A DNA stretch of 64,000 bases from the NCBI RefSeq assembly GCF_009834535.1, contig NC_045696.1:9488001-9552000 (forward strand), in the 5' to 3' direction. The position numbers and the translations under genes are program-made. Shown in pieces: positions 49,833-62,600 of this stretch. The stretch's first letter is position 1; each line of letters begins with the position of its first letter. Below the pieces are notes generated by a model. The model did not search any database and was not told the origin of the DNA. It was given only the letters and a program-made list of their open reading frames with translations. Source of the stretch: Camelus ferus. Its lineage: Eukaryota.

Positions 49833-51432
49833 CTCCACGATGAAACTCTAATCCCTGGCGTATCTCAAGACACGAACTTCAGACCTCTCTTCTCTAGCTG
49901 CCCTTTCTCCAGGGTTTTCTTCTCATCAAGTCCCCTTGCATTAAGTACCATTGGTACACGGATGACACCAAGTGTGTGTCTCCAGCCTGAGTCCTCTCTG
50001 ACCTCCAGAGTCAATGTACACGCGCCCAGTTCTAGACTTGGACTTTGAAAGGCATCCCAAACTTCCCATGTTCAAAAGACAAATTTCCTAAATGTACCCC
50101 CATCTTTCCTATCTCAGTTAATGACACCAGCCTCCAGGCAGCTGCTCAGCCTTTGCTGACCGCCTAGGTTCCACTTCTCACCTCGTGGACTCTTGGGCTC
50201 TGCTACGTTATTCAGAGCCATTCAGAGAATTCTGAATGCCTCAGAGACATCTGCTCTGCCTCAAAATGTTTCTATTTGTTTGTTGTTTCTCCCCCGCCCC
50301 ACCCCAGACTACCAGCCTAGCCCAGACACCATCATATGTCACCCAGGCCATGCTGCGGAGTGAATGAGCAAGCAGCTGGGTTGATTTCTCATTGACCTCC
50401 AATACCGGACTGTTCCCAATAGTTCGAAAGAGCGTTGTCAGCACGTGTAATTAATCTTTCAGGAAACTTCGAGATTATATTTCACAAAAGATATGATGTT
50501 AACAAGGGGCTGGTGAAATGTAAAGGTAATTACTCTTCAAGTTAGAACTCTTGATAAAAAAGAAACCAAAGGTTTCCATACCGCAAAGGATCTTTGGACC
50601 CATTCATCTTCATCAACACTGAGACCAAGTTTGCTCACAAAATACTTTTTATTTTCCCTAGGTTGTTACTGTTCTTCTGTGGTATTGGTTACATGTTCTT
50701 ACAGAGCTCACTCTCTCTCTCCGTATATATACGTACAAACAAATACACGCATGTGTATTAGGAAAAAGAACAGAGGATACTATTGTGATTACCTATGTAG
50801 CTGAATGCAACTATATCACCACTTCGCATCTTGCAGTACGTGTTCCGGATATCTCATACACACAAAACGTTATAAATAGAAGTGAGACCCTCTACAGCCC
50901 GCTCCTTGATTCTATTTCCCTTCCTCTCTGCAGAGGCAACTGCTACCATGAATTTGGTATTTATAATCTCATGTGTGCTTTTATACTTAGTCTAAATTTC
51001 ATAAGTCTGTAAGCAAGATTGTTTTACTGATGGTAAATTTTAAAAATTGGTGTACTTTAGATAATACTTGGCAAATCACTTTTAAAATTCAACATCGTTC
51101 TTTATGTTTATCCGTGTGGAGACATATTCCCATTCATTCTTCATTCATTCTTCATTCATTCTTGTTTTCTTTTCATCTTTGAGATTTACTGAGTTGTACA
51201 GAAAGTGCAAAAATAATGAGCATCACTTCCATTAATTTTCATGAAGTTGACATGTCCATGTAACCCCAGCTGGATCGAGAAACAGAATGTTAATTGCACC
51301 CCAGAAGCCCTGCATGGGACATCTTCTGGTCATCATCTGCTCCCTTCCCCAGAGGAAACATTTTCCTAATTTCTCACACCACACTTGTCAGTTTGAAAAT
51401 TGCTGCTGGGATCCTTGTTAAGCTATAAACTC

Positions 51433-51605
51433 TCACTCTATCTTAGCCATTTGTTTTATGATTTGTGTGCTTTGGTGGGGGGTAATTAGGTTCATTTATT
51501 CATTTAATTTATCTATCTTTTTTTTTTAATGGAGGTATCTGGGATTGAACTCAGGACCTCATGCATGTTAAGCATGTGCTCAACCATTGAGCTACACCTT
51601 TCCCC
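51433..51605 (-). mobile_element. tRNA-derived SINE (Vic-1-like) with 10-bp TSD
   Basis: Minus strand 'gtgtagctcaatggttgagcacatgcttaacatgcatgaggtcctgagttcaatccc'. TSD 'ctataaactc' at 51423-51432 and 51606-51615. Confidence 0.8.
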
Positions 51606-53184
51606 CTATAAACTCCTACACGAATAGTGAGAAACCTGGTCCCACCTTCTGCCATCCATTTACAAGATTGTTCCATTCCAGTCCACATGTATAGCAGTAT
51701 CAGAATTGTTAAGGAGTACCCTGAGGGACACAGCTTTACCAACTAGGGTACAGAGCTCATATGCAGTTCCTTTTGCCTTCAGTCTTAGAGATGTCACTCA
51801 TTTTCAATGATACTTAGAGCAACATCTGCTCCCACTCCACCTACCCATCCCCTTCAGCAAAGTTGGTTCATATTTTTGTAATCAGTTAACCTCTGTTGTT
51901 TTAGTCTACATTCTTTCCCAGGATTCCCTCAACTTTTTAAACAATTCTTTCAAAATTTGCAATCATCAAATTTCACTCTTTGTTCTATAGCTTTTGACAA
52001 ATGCATGATATATCTTGTATCCACTATTAAAGCAATTTTATTGCCCTAAAAATCCCCTGTGGTATACCTCCTTTCTTCCTTCTTCCCAAATTCTGGCAAC
52101 CATTGATCAATTCACTGTGTCTACAGTTTTACATTTTCCAGAGTGTCATAGAACTGGAATCATACTATATGTACCCTTTTCAGACTGGCTTCTTTTCCTT
52201 AGCGATATTCATTTAAGATTCTTTCATGTCTTTTCATGGCTTGATACTCATTCTTTTCATTGCTGAGTAATATTCCATTATATGGAGGTACCACCATTTA
52301 TCTGTTTGTTTAATCAGTTCCTGAGAGAAATGTGTTAAAATTCCACTCTGTTTGTAGATTTGTCTTTTTCTCCTTTTTTCCCTACATTTTTTGCTTTATA
52401 CATTGATGATATATTAAGTACATGCAAATCTAGAACTTTGATATCTCTTTTATGAACTGAGTATAATCATTACGAAATGCTCCTTCTTATCTGTTATGCC
52501 TCTTAGTCTATTATGTCACGTATTAGCACACTTACACCAACCTTCTTTTGTTTAGTGTTTGCATCGCATATTGTTGTCTGTTCTTTCACTTTCTGCATTG
52601 CTGTACCCTTACATTGAAAAAGCGTCTCTTGCAAAGGACATATAGCAGGTTTTTTTTTTTTATCCTGCCTGATAATCTTTGCCTTTTAATTGAAGCTTTT
52701 TATATATAATTACTAGTGCATTTGGGTTTAAGTCTACCATCTAAATAATTATTTTCTGTTAGCCCCACCTGTCTATGTTCCTTTTCTTTCTTTCCTTTTC
52801 TGGATTAATGAAGTATTTTTCTTTATTTCATATTTCCCCATTATTAATTTATTGTCTGTACATTTTTCATTATTATTTTAGTGACAACACCAGAGGTTAC
52901 AAGATTCTCCTTGAATGATTAAAGTCTTTCTTTTGCCTTCAATTTTAAAGGATATTTTTCACTGTGTATAGAATCCTAGGCTGGCAGGTGTCTTTTTTTT
53001 TTTTTTTTTTTTTGATTCCATCATTTCTTTCGAGAAATAAGGTATCTATCTCATTGATGAGTCTTTGAAGTTACGTATCTTTTTCTTCCCTCTGTCTGAT
53101 TTTAAGATGTTGTCTTTGTCTTTTGTTTGCTGCATTTGTATTATGATGTGCCTATGCGCGACTTTCTTTGAAGTAATTCTGCCT

Positions 53185-53418
53185 TTTTTTTTAACATTTT
53201 TTATTGATTTATAATCATTTTACAATGTTATGTCAAATTCCAGTGTTCAGCACAATTTTTCAGTCATACATGGACATATACACACTCATTGTCACATTTT
53301 TTTCTCTGTGAGCTACCATAACGTTTTGTGTATATTTCCCTGTGCTATACAGTATAATCTTGTTTATCTATTCTACAATTTTGAAATCCCAGTCTATCCC
53401 TTCCCACCCTCCGCCCCC
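53185..53418 (-). mobile_element. Young lineage-specific (camelid-type) LINE-1 3' end
   Basis: Poly-T then 'aacattttttattgatttataatcattttacaatg...tcccagtctatcccttcccaccc'. TSD CTGCCT at 53179-53184 and 53419-53424. Confidence 0.8.
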
Positions 53419-54729
53419 CTGCCTGATGTTTTTAATACTGCTTTAACCTGTGGCTTGGTTTTTTGAAATCAGTTTTGGGAAATTCTCAGTCCCTATCTCT
53501 GCAAATAGTTCTTCTGCTCCATTTACCTTCTTCTCTATTTCCAGGACCCCAGCTGTACCTGCGTTAGTCCTTTCCCCCTTATCTCTTATACTCCTTTTTT
53601 GTACTTTTCCATTATTTTTTCTCTTGCGCTTCACTCTAGGTATTTTGAACCTACTTCTTCTAACTCATGAATCCATTCTTCAGCTGTGTCTAATCTGCTA
53701 CTCAATCCATTCACTGAATTGATATCTTTTTATAAATTCTAGCTTTCTGCCGAAATCATATTTATTTATGAATTAACTCTGGAAATTTATTTTTTTCTGG
53801 ACAAATATTTCTTTTCAATATTCAAATTTTATTTCTTGGGTGGCTTTTTTCATTTATTTGAGCCTTTCTATTTTTCTTTATTCTGTTTTTTATTCAATTC
53901 TGTTCTTAGTTTAAAATTTAATTTATTCTGCTTTCTTTAGTTTATCTCACAGTTCTTCTTTTGCTTTTTGAGTTAAATTTAATTTACTTCATATTATTTT
54001 TCTTTTTAAAAATGTATTAATGCTATAAATTTATCTCTAAGAACTACTTTATGAACCCAGAGGTTTTTGTATATAACACTCTCTATGTCATTTAATATCT
54101 TATTATTTTCACTATGTTTTCTTCTTTAACCAATGAATTAAGTAGGCACATTGGTTCTTTAGTTTTCAGATATATGAAGTCTTATTGACTAAGTATTTAT
54201 TGTTGATATATAAATTCTTTAAAAAATCAAAAACAGGATTTATTTTTCTATCAAATCTGTAATCCATGTTCCAGCCGATGCAGGAAGGGTAAATCAAGCC
54301 CCACATAGACTCTGGGTGAAAACAATTGTAACTTCCTACAGGAAAAGGAAAAAGCAACTTTTTTTTTCTTTTGAAGAATATCCTAAATATTTTTGTGCAG
54401 ATGAAAAAATTCATATATTGAATGGGTATGTGCTGTCTTCTTTTATACATTCAGATGTTTCCTCTCTGCTATCGTTTTTACACAGATGAGGCACCAATAA
54501 TAGCTCTTTAGCTTCGCTAACAGTCTTATCTCCATGTCACTGTATAGTCTGATAGCCCAGAACCACGCTATGACTTCAATGTATATGCCCCAAGAACAAC
54601 TGAAAAGTTCTGAATTAAATTCTTCAAACCTTTATTGAGTGCCTACTATTAGACCCTGGGAGGTGATCCGGCTGGTTCTGAGAAGCATAAATGGTATTTG
54701 GACAGTTTTTCTCCTAAGTGGTAGGAGGG

Positions 54730-55107
54730 TGTTTTCTGGGGGTTAAGAGAACCAATCTCTCCTCTGCTTAGCCTGCCTGTGGTCGGTGTGGGCCTTGGCC
54801 CTGGGAGTGGGCTCTGTGCTCTCTTCTGACAGGTGCTGCCATGGAAGAGCGAAGAGCAGTAAGCCAGGAAGAAACGGCAGGCAGAAGAACTCTCTCTTGC
54901 TCATGGGAGAGTCAGTCTTTTGTTCTATCCCAGTCTTCAACTGATTGGATAAAGCCCACCCTCCCTGAGTAATCTGCTTTACTCACTCTGTGATTTAAAT
55001 GTGAATCTCATCCCAGAACCCCCTCACAGAAACACCCAGAACAGGGTTTGAACAAATATCTGGGCACTACGTGGTAGTCCAGTTGACACATAAAATTAAC
55101 CATCACA
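54730..55107 (-). mobile_element. ERVL LTR (MLT2-like)
   Basis: Ends 'agttgacacataaaattaaccatcaca', the reverse complement of the MLT2 5' end; also 'caactgattggataaagcccacc'. Confidence 0.8.
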
Positions 55108-58100
55108 TCATAATATTAATATTAATATTAATTCTAGTAATATGTTAATTACACCCACTGATTTTCTTGTATTATACTGTGTTAAACTAACTTGGTGTTC
55201 CTGGGGTAAACCCACCTCTATTATGATACAGTGTTTATTTTAGAACTGCTGGGTTCAGTTTGCGAATATTTTATCTAGCATTTCTGCATCTATTTCCAGG
55301 AGTGGTACTGGCTTGCAATTTCCCTTTTTCATCCAGTCCTTATGTAGTTTCATATTAGAGAGTTCTAGCTTCATAAAATGAGTGAAGAATTTTGACTGCC
55401 CTTCATATTAGATTTCTTCACATGTTTTAGAATTCTTATTTTGAGGCTCATTTTGAGAGAGGTTTTTGTTTTTATTCTTTTCATTTTTTTCCGCCCACCT
55501 GCTTCCACCGCACCCAGTGAGGTCTTTTCTGATGATCATCTTGTGATAGCTTTCACCTGGACTCTGGGATTTCATCCTGCACCAGATGTTGTAAAGGCAG
55601 TTTGGGGCTTCTGTCTCACTCACAGCAACTGCGGGGACATTCATGGCATCATGAGACCAGTACATGACTAGATTCAGTTTTTGGCTGGGGGTTGGGTCGC
55701 CAGCCCTACATTCCTAGATCCTCATTCTTCGAAAATCTTGGTCTCCAGGTAATGGTAAGCCATGATTTCTTTCTTTCAGGGCTCCCACCCCAGTTTCTGA
55801 CTTCAAGCAATGTCCTTTGTTCCTGTCTGCCATCTTGGATGTTTGTGTCTTGGGTTTGTCACACAGGAGCCAACCTCCCTGCCGGTTTTAGACAAAGAGC
55901 CCAGTGGGTCAGAGGCTTCTGGCGGTTTTCTTCTGCCTTTGTTGAGCCAGACATTTCTTTTTAGCTTTCTATTTTTAGATCTTATCTGTCATGGCTTTGT
56001 GTTCAGAGCTAAACGATGGATCAAAGCAAGAACTCATTGAGCTGTCTTGTTCAAAACACTCTTCCCTATCTTTTTTATTTTCAATTCACTGCCTTGTCAC
56101 ACAGGGATTTAAAGAAGCTGATTTACTTCATCACGCCGATGCAATGAGTCAAACAGAGCAGGTGTTCCTATTACCCCAAGTGACAAATGGGCAAAACAAG
56201 AAACAGAATTCAAGTGCTTCAATTCAGGGTTAGCAAATGGATGATTATGGTTACCTGCAGAGATTGTACCCCAACACAGCACTCCAGAGCTCGTCCCATT
56301 TTACCTTTCACTCATTCTTGCTGCCAAGAGAAACAGAACACTGAACAATCATGGCATTTACTAAAGACAAATCCCTTGACCAATTTTGCAATGCTTAGGA
56401 CACCTTGAGCATTTTGTGATTTCCAGAATAGTACCAGAGGAGAAAAGGTCTGATCTGCTGTCACAATGCTGGATTTTAATTTAGATACTGTCATTCTCAC
56501 TTCTTCCTCCCATTTACCTTTCCAGCCCAAATTTCCATGCTCCAGCATTCCATTCAATTCAGCTTAACTCAGCAAGTGTTCATTGAGGCTCTGTCATGCT
56601 CAGACACCACCAGCTCATACAGTCTGGTCTATGACTGGTCTATGACTGGTCCAGAAAGGGGTATCCCCCAAATCATGGATAGGAATGTCTAGGAATCCCC
56701 TTCCACATGCCTAGCTCTGTGCTGGTCGTAGCAGAGGACTGAAAGGCAAATCCTTTGGTAGAATCTTTTATTGCAGGAGAGCCAACATGGTCACTGATTC
56801 CTGACATGTAGGGTAGAAAATGAAGAGTGGTGAAGTGGACCATGCAAGGATGGATGAAGAGGGTTGGACTGGGCCAAGGGATTGGCCAGGAAACTCTTGT
56901 GGTAATAGCTGATGTGGGCTGGCCTGATAGGGGCTTCAGAACTGAGAAGAGAAGAGCAGTCCTGAGAGCACCACAGGCAGAGGGCCGTGGTCAGTGGTGA
57001 CACCCAGCTGCTGCTGGCATCTGCACAGTGGTCCCCAGCAGGAAGACATCACTTCTGCCAGAAAGTCTTTGTATGTGTTAGTGGTGACATGGGGGAAGTT
57101 AGTGAGAGAAAGGACATTTGAGCTCTAATCTGCAAGGTGGGAGAATTTGGACATACATTTGATTGGATGCCCTTCTGGGATGCTACCCAAAGAGGAACAC
57201 AGTAAGCAGTGGATTGACCTGACTAATTATCCAAGGAGAAGATTCATCTATTGAGAAAAATCGTAAGGAAAAGGGTCCGAGTCCAGACTAGGACATTACC
57301 CAGAATAAGGATTTAGTTTGAAGATCAAGATTGTCATCAAAATCTTTTCACTGTTGACAAATTTTGCACCTAAAGGCATTTTGGAACTGACTTTTCTAAA
57401 GATTTCCTTCAAATATATTTCCTCTCATCCTCCTTTGAGTCCTGCCAGACACCACCTCTGATTTCTTCTCTTATTCCTTCAATCCCCATGGAGGACCTGC
57501 AGAAATCCACAGGAATCTGGGCTTCCAGGCTGAAGGTCCTGGTTGAAATAACACAGAAACTATGACAATGGCTGTGAATAGCCCCGTTTCTAAAAAGTGA
57601 CCTTCATGCATTCCCAGAAAGGCTGCCTGCCCTGGTTTTAAATTCAGGCTTGCCAACGTCCTTCCATCTGAGGCACGCTGGCCACAAGAGTGCTTCTGTG
57701 TTATCGGGAATTGGAGGTGCACCAAAATAATATCAGACACGCAAGGAAGTGAAGAGATGCTAATCTCATTCCTGCGGCTCCTTGTTCTTTGGCTGAGTAA
57801 AACACTCAGCATATTGTTACCTTTGTGATTTTAAATCCACGGCGTTCAAAGGGATTATACATATGTCAGTGTACACTGGACAGACCGAGTTTAAAAAAAA
57901 AAACACATAAGGACAATGTTTGTATTCAAATGTCAAACACCGTATGTGTAGATTTAGTGTCCTTTCTAGGCCATAAATAACATTCCAAGCTGTAATTAAT
58001 TTATCCATGTTCCTATCAGCACAGCATTATTCCAGGACATAAAGGGGTGGAGAGAGGCAGAGCGAGGTAAACCAACACTGTTATTTCTTTGGAAAAAGTT

Positions 58101-60949
58101 CTCTTAATTAGATCTGTGCTCTTTCCATAACAAGGTGAAAGTGTGGTTATTTGTCAAAGGCAAGGGCAGCTGTCATGTCTGAATCAGAGGGTCCATATCC
58201 AGCCATAGTCTTCTTTGACTGACTCAAGGGTGGCAAAAATTAGTGCAGCTGCCCCCAAGACCTAGGCAGAGGCAGCTTAAATGACTATTTTGATGGACAA
58301 TCTTGCTGCCCACCCATCAGACAACAAGCAGTGGCAATTTTTGAGCATCATACACGGTAAAGACCAATAGAATTGATGCTAGAGTTGAATTTGTTTTATG
58401 GGAGATGCCTTAAATCAACAGTTCCTAACACTGCGGCCAAGAATCGCACCTCTAGGGTTCACCGGTCTGCCGAATTGTAGGTAAAATGTCGCACCTGTGG
58501 CATTAGGCTGCGGCAGGGTAAAAGTGTCACTTTTCCCAGATTCCCAAGAGGAATCCTGAAAAATTCAGAACCACTGCTCTACAAGGAGAAACAGAACACA
58601 GACAGCTGAAACAGCCAAAAGGCCCTTGCAACACAACACATGAGCAAGGCCAGAACAATTCAATGAGGAAACGAGTTCCCAGGTGTGCAAAGTGAAGGAA
58701 TGGCCAGAGAAAGGGATTTGCAGAAGCTCTGTCCTGGAATGGAAGGGCCTGGAGCAAATGTAACAAACTGAACTCTTACAGAACCAGGCAGGACATTCCG
58801 TAAGTGGGATCTGCTAAGTGTCCTTGTCAGGGAGAATGTGGAGTTTGCATTTTTGTGAGAAGAGGCTGATGTTATCAGCTCCTGCTGTGTGTTGTTCTGC
58901 CAAAGATGGGCATGAAGTTTCTAGATCCACTGAGTTTTGTGAGAGAAGTCAAAAATCTAGATATTTCTTACAAGAGCTCTCAATTTTTCTTAATCTGAAA
59001 AACTAATTCAAAATTAAAGCAAACAAATGCATGCTATGGCTGGAGGCTCAGAGCTGGCCAGTGTCCCCTAGTCTTAGACCTTTGCTGAAGATCTGGGATT
59101 TGAGGACACTCATCAACCTGTAGTTCATAAAGCTGGAAGCAGAGGGCAGACTCCATGGAGAAGGGTCTGAAGCTGGAAAAGGTGGGCGGTGCACAGAGGA
59201 TGGGGGCAGCACTGGTGTGGGAGCTCAGGGGAGCAGAGCAGTGGGAAACGAGGTCGGGGAGCTGGAACGGCAAGTAGGGCCCCACTCCATCCCTCAGCAG
59301 GATGTGGGTGGTTTCTTTTTAAAACAGGAGCAGCTCTCTAGAGAGTTTTAGGAGAATGCCAGGTGAGTGAAGCATTTGGGAAGGATGCCTCTTGTGTGCA
59401 GGACCCCCAGGCAAAGAGGAATCCCAGGGGGAAGCTTGAAGCACACCTCCTGTGACCAAGCAAATCAGGTGGGAGATACAGGCCAAGGAAGGAGGACAGA
59501 AAATGGGAGAGCACCGAATGGCCAGCAGAGAAGACTCGGACATGTCCGGCCATCTCTGTGGGATGGTGATGGGACTGGGGTAGCCCTGGGGGAAGCCTGG
59601 GCAGCGAGGCGGGGCTCTCTCCTCCCAGTCTGCACCTCCTCACCTGTCACCGCGGGCAGGATAGGGATTTCAGTGCCCTTCACCCTTGGCCTTCTGGTGG
59701 GAAGGACGTATTGTAATTTCAGCATCTTATGGCTCCCGGATTATGCTCTGTGGCTGCTCAAGAGAGGTTGCTGGCTTTGCAGGCGTTTCTCACTGAGAAG
59801 TGAGAGTCACCCACGGGGATAGAGAAGCCAAGCTTCCAACAAGGCTCTCTCTTTGTAGTTTTACTTACAATAACTAAAATATAAATGTCTCAAAATAGAA
59901 GAGTGGTTTCATTACGGTACATGTGATAGAATATTCTACATACTGGAATATTATATGCGGTCATTAAGACAACATTTACAACCCCCCTTGTAGCAACAGG
60001 GGGTCCCTGTAGTATAATACGTGAAAAAAATAGGGTCTTGCGATGCATAAAGCTTTTCTACAGTTCAGATCTCATCCATAGAATAGATTTTACATGGTGT
60101 AAGTCCACATCAAGGCTATGGACGTTTTAGGACTTTCCGAAGTGGCTGCGTGGGTTTAGACTAGCACCCACCGTGCAGGGGGGTGCCAGCTCCGCCTGTG
60201 CCATCTGGGCTGAGTCCTAGACCAATGCCACACCCCGTGGATCCCCTCGAGAGCCTTCACTGGTCTCCTTCCCCAAGAGAACACCAAGGCAGAGGTCCCA
60301 GGAGAAGCGACTGGCCGAGGAAGACTGTGGGGGCCTCAGAAAATCTCTTCTATCTCTAGGTCAGGACTCTAATTTCTCTGCTCCTGCCTGCAGACCGCAA
60401 GCCTGGACCTAATTCCCCAGCACTTTCACGGGTCTGTCATTTGGGAATTGCTCTCTTGGCCCCAAAGCTGGTGAACAGCTGCTGTCAAATTTGTCTCCAG
60501 TTCACTCTGGCTATCGTGCAGTTTGCCCCTGGCTACCCGAAAGGCTGTTCCCATGGCCCCAAGGACTTAGGAACAGGGTCCCCAAATCGTGGGTGGCTCC
60601 ACAGACTGCCACTGCACACTGGGACCTTCACTTGTCTGGTCCACAGCTGTACCCCCAGCTTGGCAGTCAGGAAGTGCTCAGTAAATGCTTTCCGAATAGA
60701 TGCATGGCCGCTTCTAGGGTTCAGGGTGCAGCTAAAAGGAGTCGGCTGGGGTTCTGGGCATCTTTGAAATTATTGCTTGGAGCTGTTTGAAGGGGTGTTT
60801 GGCTAATCTCTGGCTGAAGGTGGGGGGTCTCCAGGCCTCTGTGGACGCTTGGTCACAGCGGCTTCTTGCCTGCCAACCCCAGACTCCCACAGGCGGGTGG
60901 ATCTGGCTGTCTGGCTGGCTGGCTGGCTGGCGGTTCCAACACGGCCTCT

Positions 60950-61400
60950 CTGCGGGCTCTGCACCTACCCCGCGTGCTTTCGCCTCCCGGACGCCGGTGC
61001 GGAAGGTCGATGTGGGCGGGGGCTGGCCCGGCGTGGCCTGGGGACCGCGGGCTCGGCGGGGACGGGGCGGGGCGCCCTCTGGCTCCCGAGGCCCCGCCCG
61101 CCCGCCAGCCCCCCAGCTCCCCCCCTCCTCATCCCCGCGCACTGGCCCCCGGAGCGCGCCGCCCGGGGCGCGGCTGTCGGCGCCCTGCGCTCGGCCGGCG
61201 TGGACTGCGCTGCGCTCCCGGCTCCCTCGGCGCCCCGGCCCCGGTAAGTCAAGGGCTCCTGCCTCCCGGCTCCTCGCCCGGCCTGCGGCTCCCCAGTCTG
61301 GCGACCCTGAGGGGGCTCCGGGGACCCGGTCCCAGCCCCCGGGCCACAGAGGGTGCCCCCAGGCCGGAGGCGACGGAATAGATGGCTCGCCCTGAAGCCT
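60950..61400 (+). promoter_or_regulatory. KCNE1: CpG island promoter, probably KCNE1
   Basis: Very GC- and CpG-rich; GC box GGGGCGGGGC 61064-61073. KCNE1 is the conserved neighbour downstream of RCAN1 in the same orientation. No KCNE1 CDS in the window. Confidence 0.7.
61150..61243 (+). other. KCNE1: Non-coding first exon, probably KCNE1 5'UTR (start approximate)
   Basis: Strong donor CCG|GTAAGT (GT 61244-61245). The preceding 'cccggctccctcggcgccccggccccg' resembles the human KCNE1 5'UTR segment as I recall it (CCCGGCTCTCTCGGCATCTCAGACCCG). Confidence 0.6.
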
Positions 61401-62197
61401 CCTTTCCCTCTGCCCTGTTCACGCGCCTAGAACTCATGCCCCCAAATAACGACATTTCCCCATTGTGATTAAATTACAGTCGTTCTTGTAGAAAATCAGG
61501 GAAATACCTAAAAACATCCAAAGAAAACTAAACCTCCCTCCCCTCGCCCAGGATCCCGTCCCCACCTGGTTTCAGAGACCTCCAGTTCGGGCAATGCTTG
61601 CATACACACATGGCCTCAAAGGGAACTTTTTTTCTTTCTTTTTTTTCTGCGGGAGTCGGGGGACAAGAAAGGTTCTTGGGGTTGGCGTCTCCCCCGGGGA
61701 AGAGGCATGGGATGCAGGGCACATTGCTGGTGTCTCATCTCGATTGCAGTAATTGGGGAAAGTGTGGAACTTTTGGAAGAAAGCTGAGCCAGTAGCAGTC
61801 ATGTGCCATGTGGGAGTCTATCACATGTTACCCCCTCCCCCCCCGCCCCCTTTTCCAGATTGCTATTTGTGACCTGAGTCCACTTTTAGGTTGAGAAGGA
61901 GCTTCCAGCTCCATTAAAGAAGGGCCTTGTCAGTAACCACAGCTGTCACTTATGGTCCCAGCGGTGGGGAACTTTGCTGGGATCACACAGCAGCTTTAAC
62001 TCATGTGTGAGGAGTGAATTGTCAAGAAGTTCCTTGATTCTCATCTGTGGGCTTCTAACCGGGTGGGGGGAGCGGCCACCCCCTCTGCTTGCTCTGCTCG
62101 GTTTCCTGCTCCCGTGAGAGATGAGCTGAGGACGGATCTGAGGAAGGCATTCTCAGTGTCCAGAATATTCAGTTCCGATATGTCTTGTTTTGGACAG

Positions 62198-62292
62198 GTT
62201 ATTAGAAGTGGATTGTTTTGAAAACAAAGCGCACTGTGAGGACATCAAAGGAGACTCACTCCTGTCATCTTAAGTCTCTGAAGGTGGAGCTG
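62198..62292 (+). other. Candidate internal non-coding exon (KCNE1 5'UTR?)
   Basis: Acceptor 'tgtcttgttttggacag|', donor 'CTG|GTAAGA', 95 nt. Splice-site pattern only. Confidence 0.35.
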
Positions 62293-62339
62293 GTAAGACA
62301 GTTTGTGTGGTTCGTGCTTCTGGTGGCTGAATGGGACAT

Positions 62340-62600
62340 TTGCTCATTCACGCATGCATGTCTGCGTCCTGTGAATATTTACTGTGCTCCTACCATATAC
62401 CAGACACCGTTCTGGTCTTTGGGATACATGGGAACTGCCCAAGCAAAGATCTCTGCCCTCAATAGCTTACAGAAGCTTATTGTTTGGGAAGACAAACAAT
62501 AAACAATGAACATAATAAACAAGAAAACTGCACTATATCAGCAGGTGGTAAGTACTCTGGAAAAAGGGACAGCAAGATAAGGGTGATGAGTAGGGAGGAG
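62340..62600 (-). mobile_element. LINE-2 3' fragment
   Basis: 'aatatttactgtgctcctaccatataccagacaccgttct', 'tctctgccctcaatagcttaca'. Confidence 0.6.

Larger units (their letters stand above)
50900..54200 (-). mobile_element. Mosaic of old LINE-1 fragments (L1MC/MD/ME-like)
   Basis: T-rich tract with L1 motifs 'ttttcagactggcttcttttccttag', 'attgctgagtaatattccatt', 'cagttttgggaaattctcag'. Younger SINE and L1 insertions are nested inside. Confidence 0.7.

Noticed and set aside
56623..56651. Short tandem duplication 'ctggtctatga ctggtctatga ctggtc'
   Set aside because: Simple 11-bp slippage duplication; not a CRISPR-like or functional array.
60732..61455. Cluster of long overlapping ORFs (up to 202 aa) on both strands
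   Set aside because: Stop-poor GC-rich CpG island giving low-complexity R/P/G/A translations with no recognisable domain.
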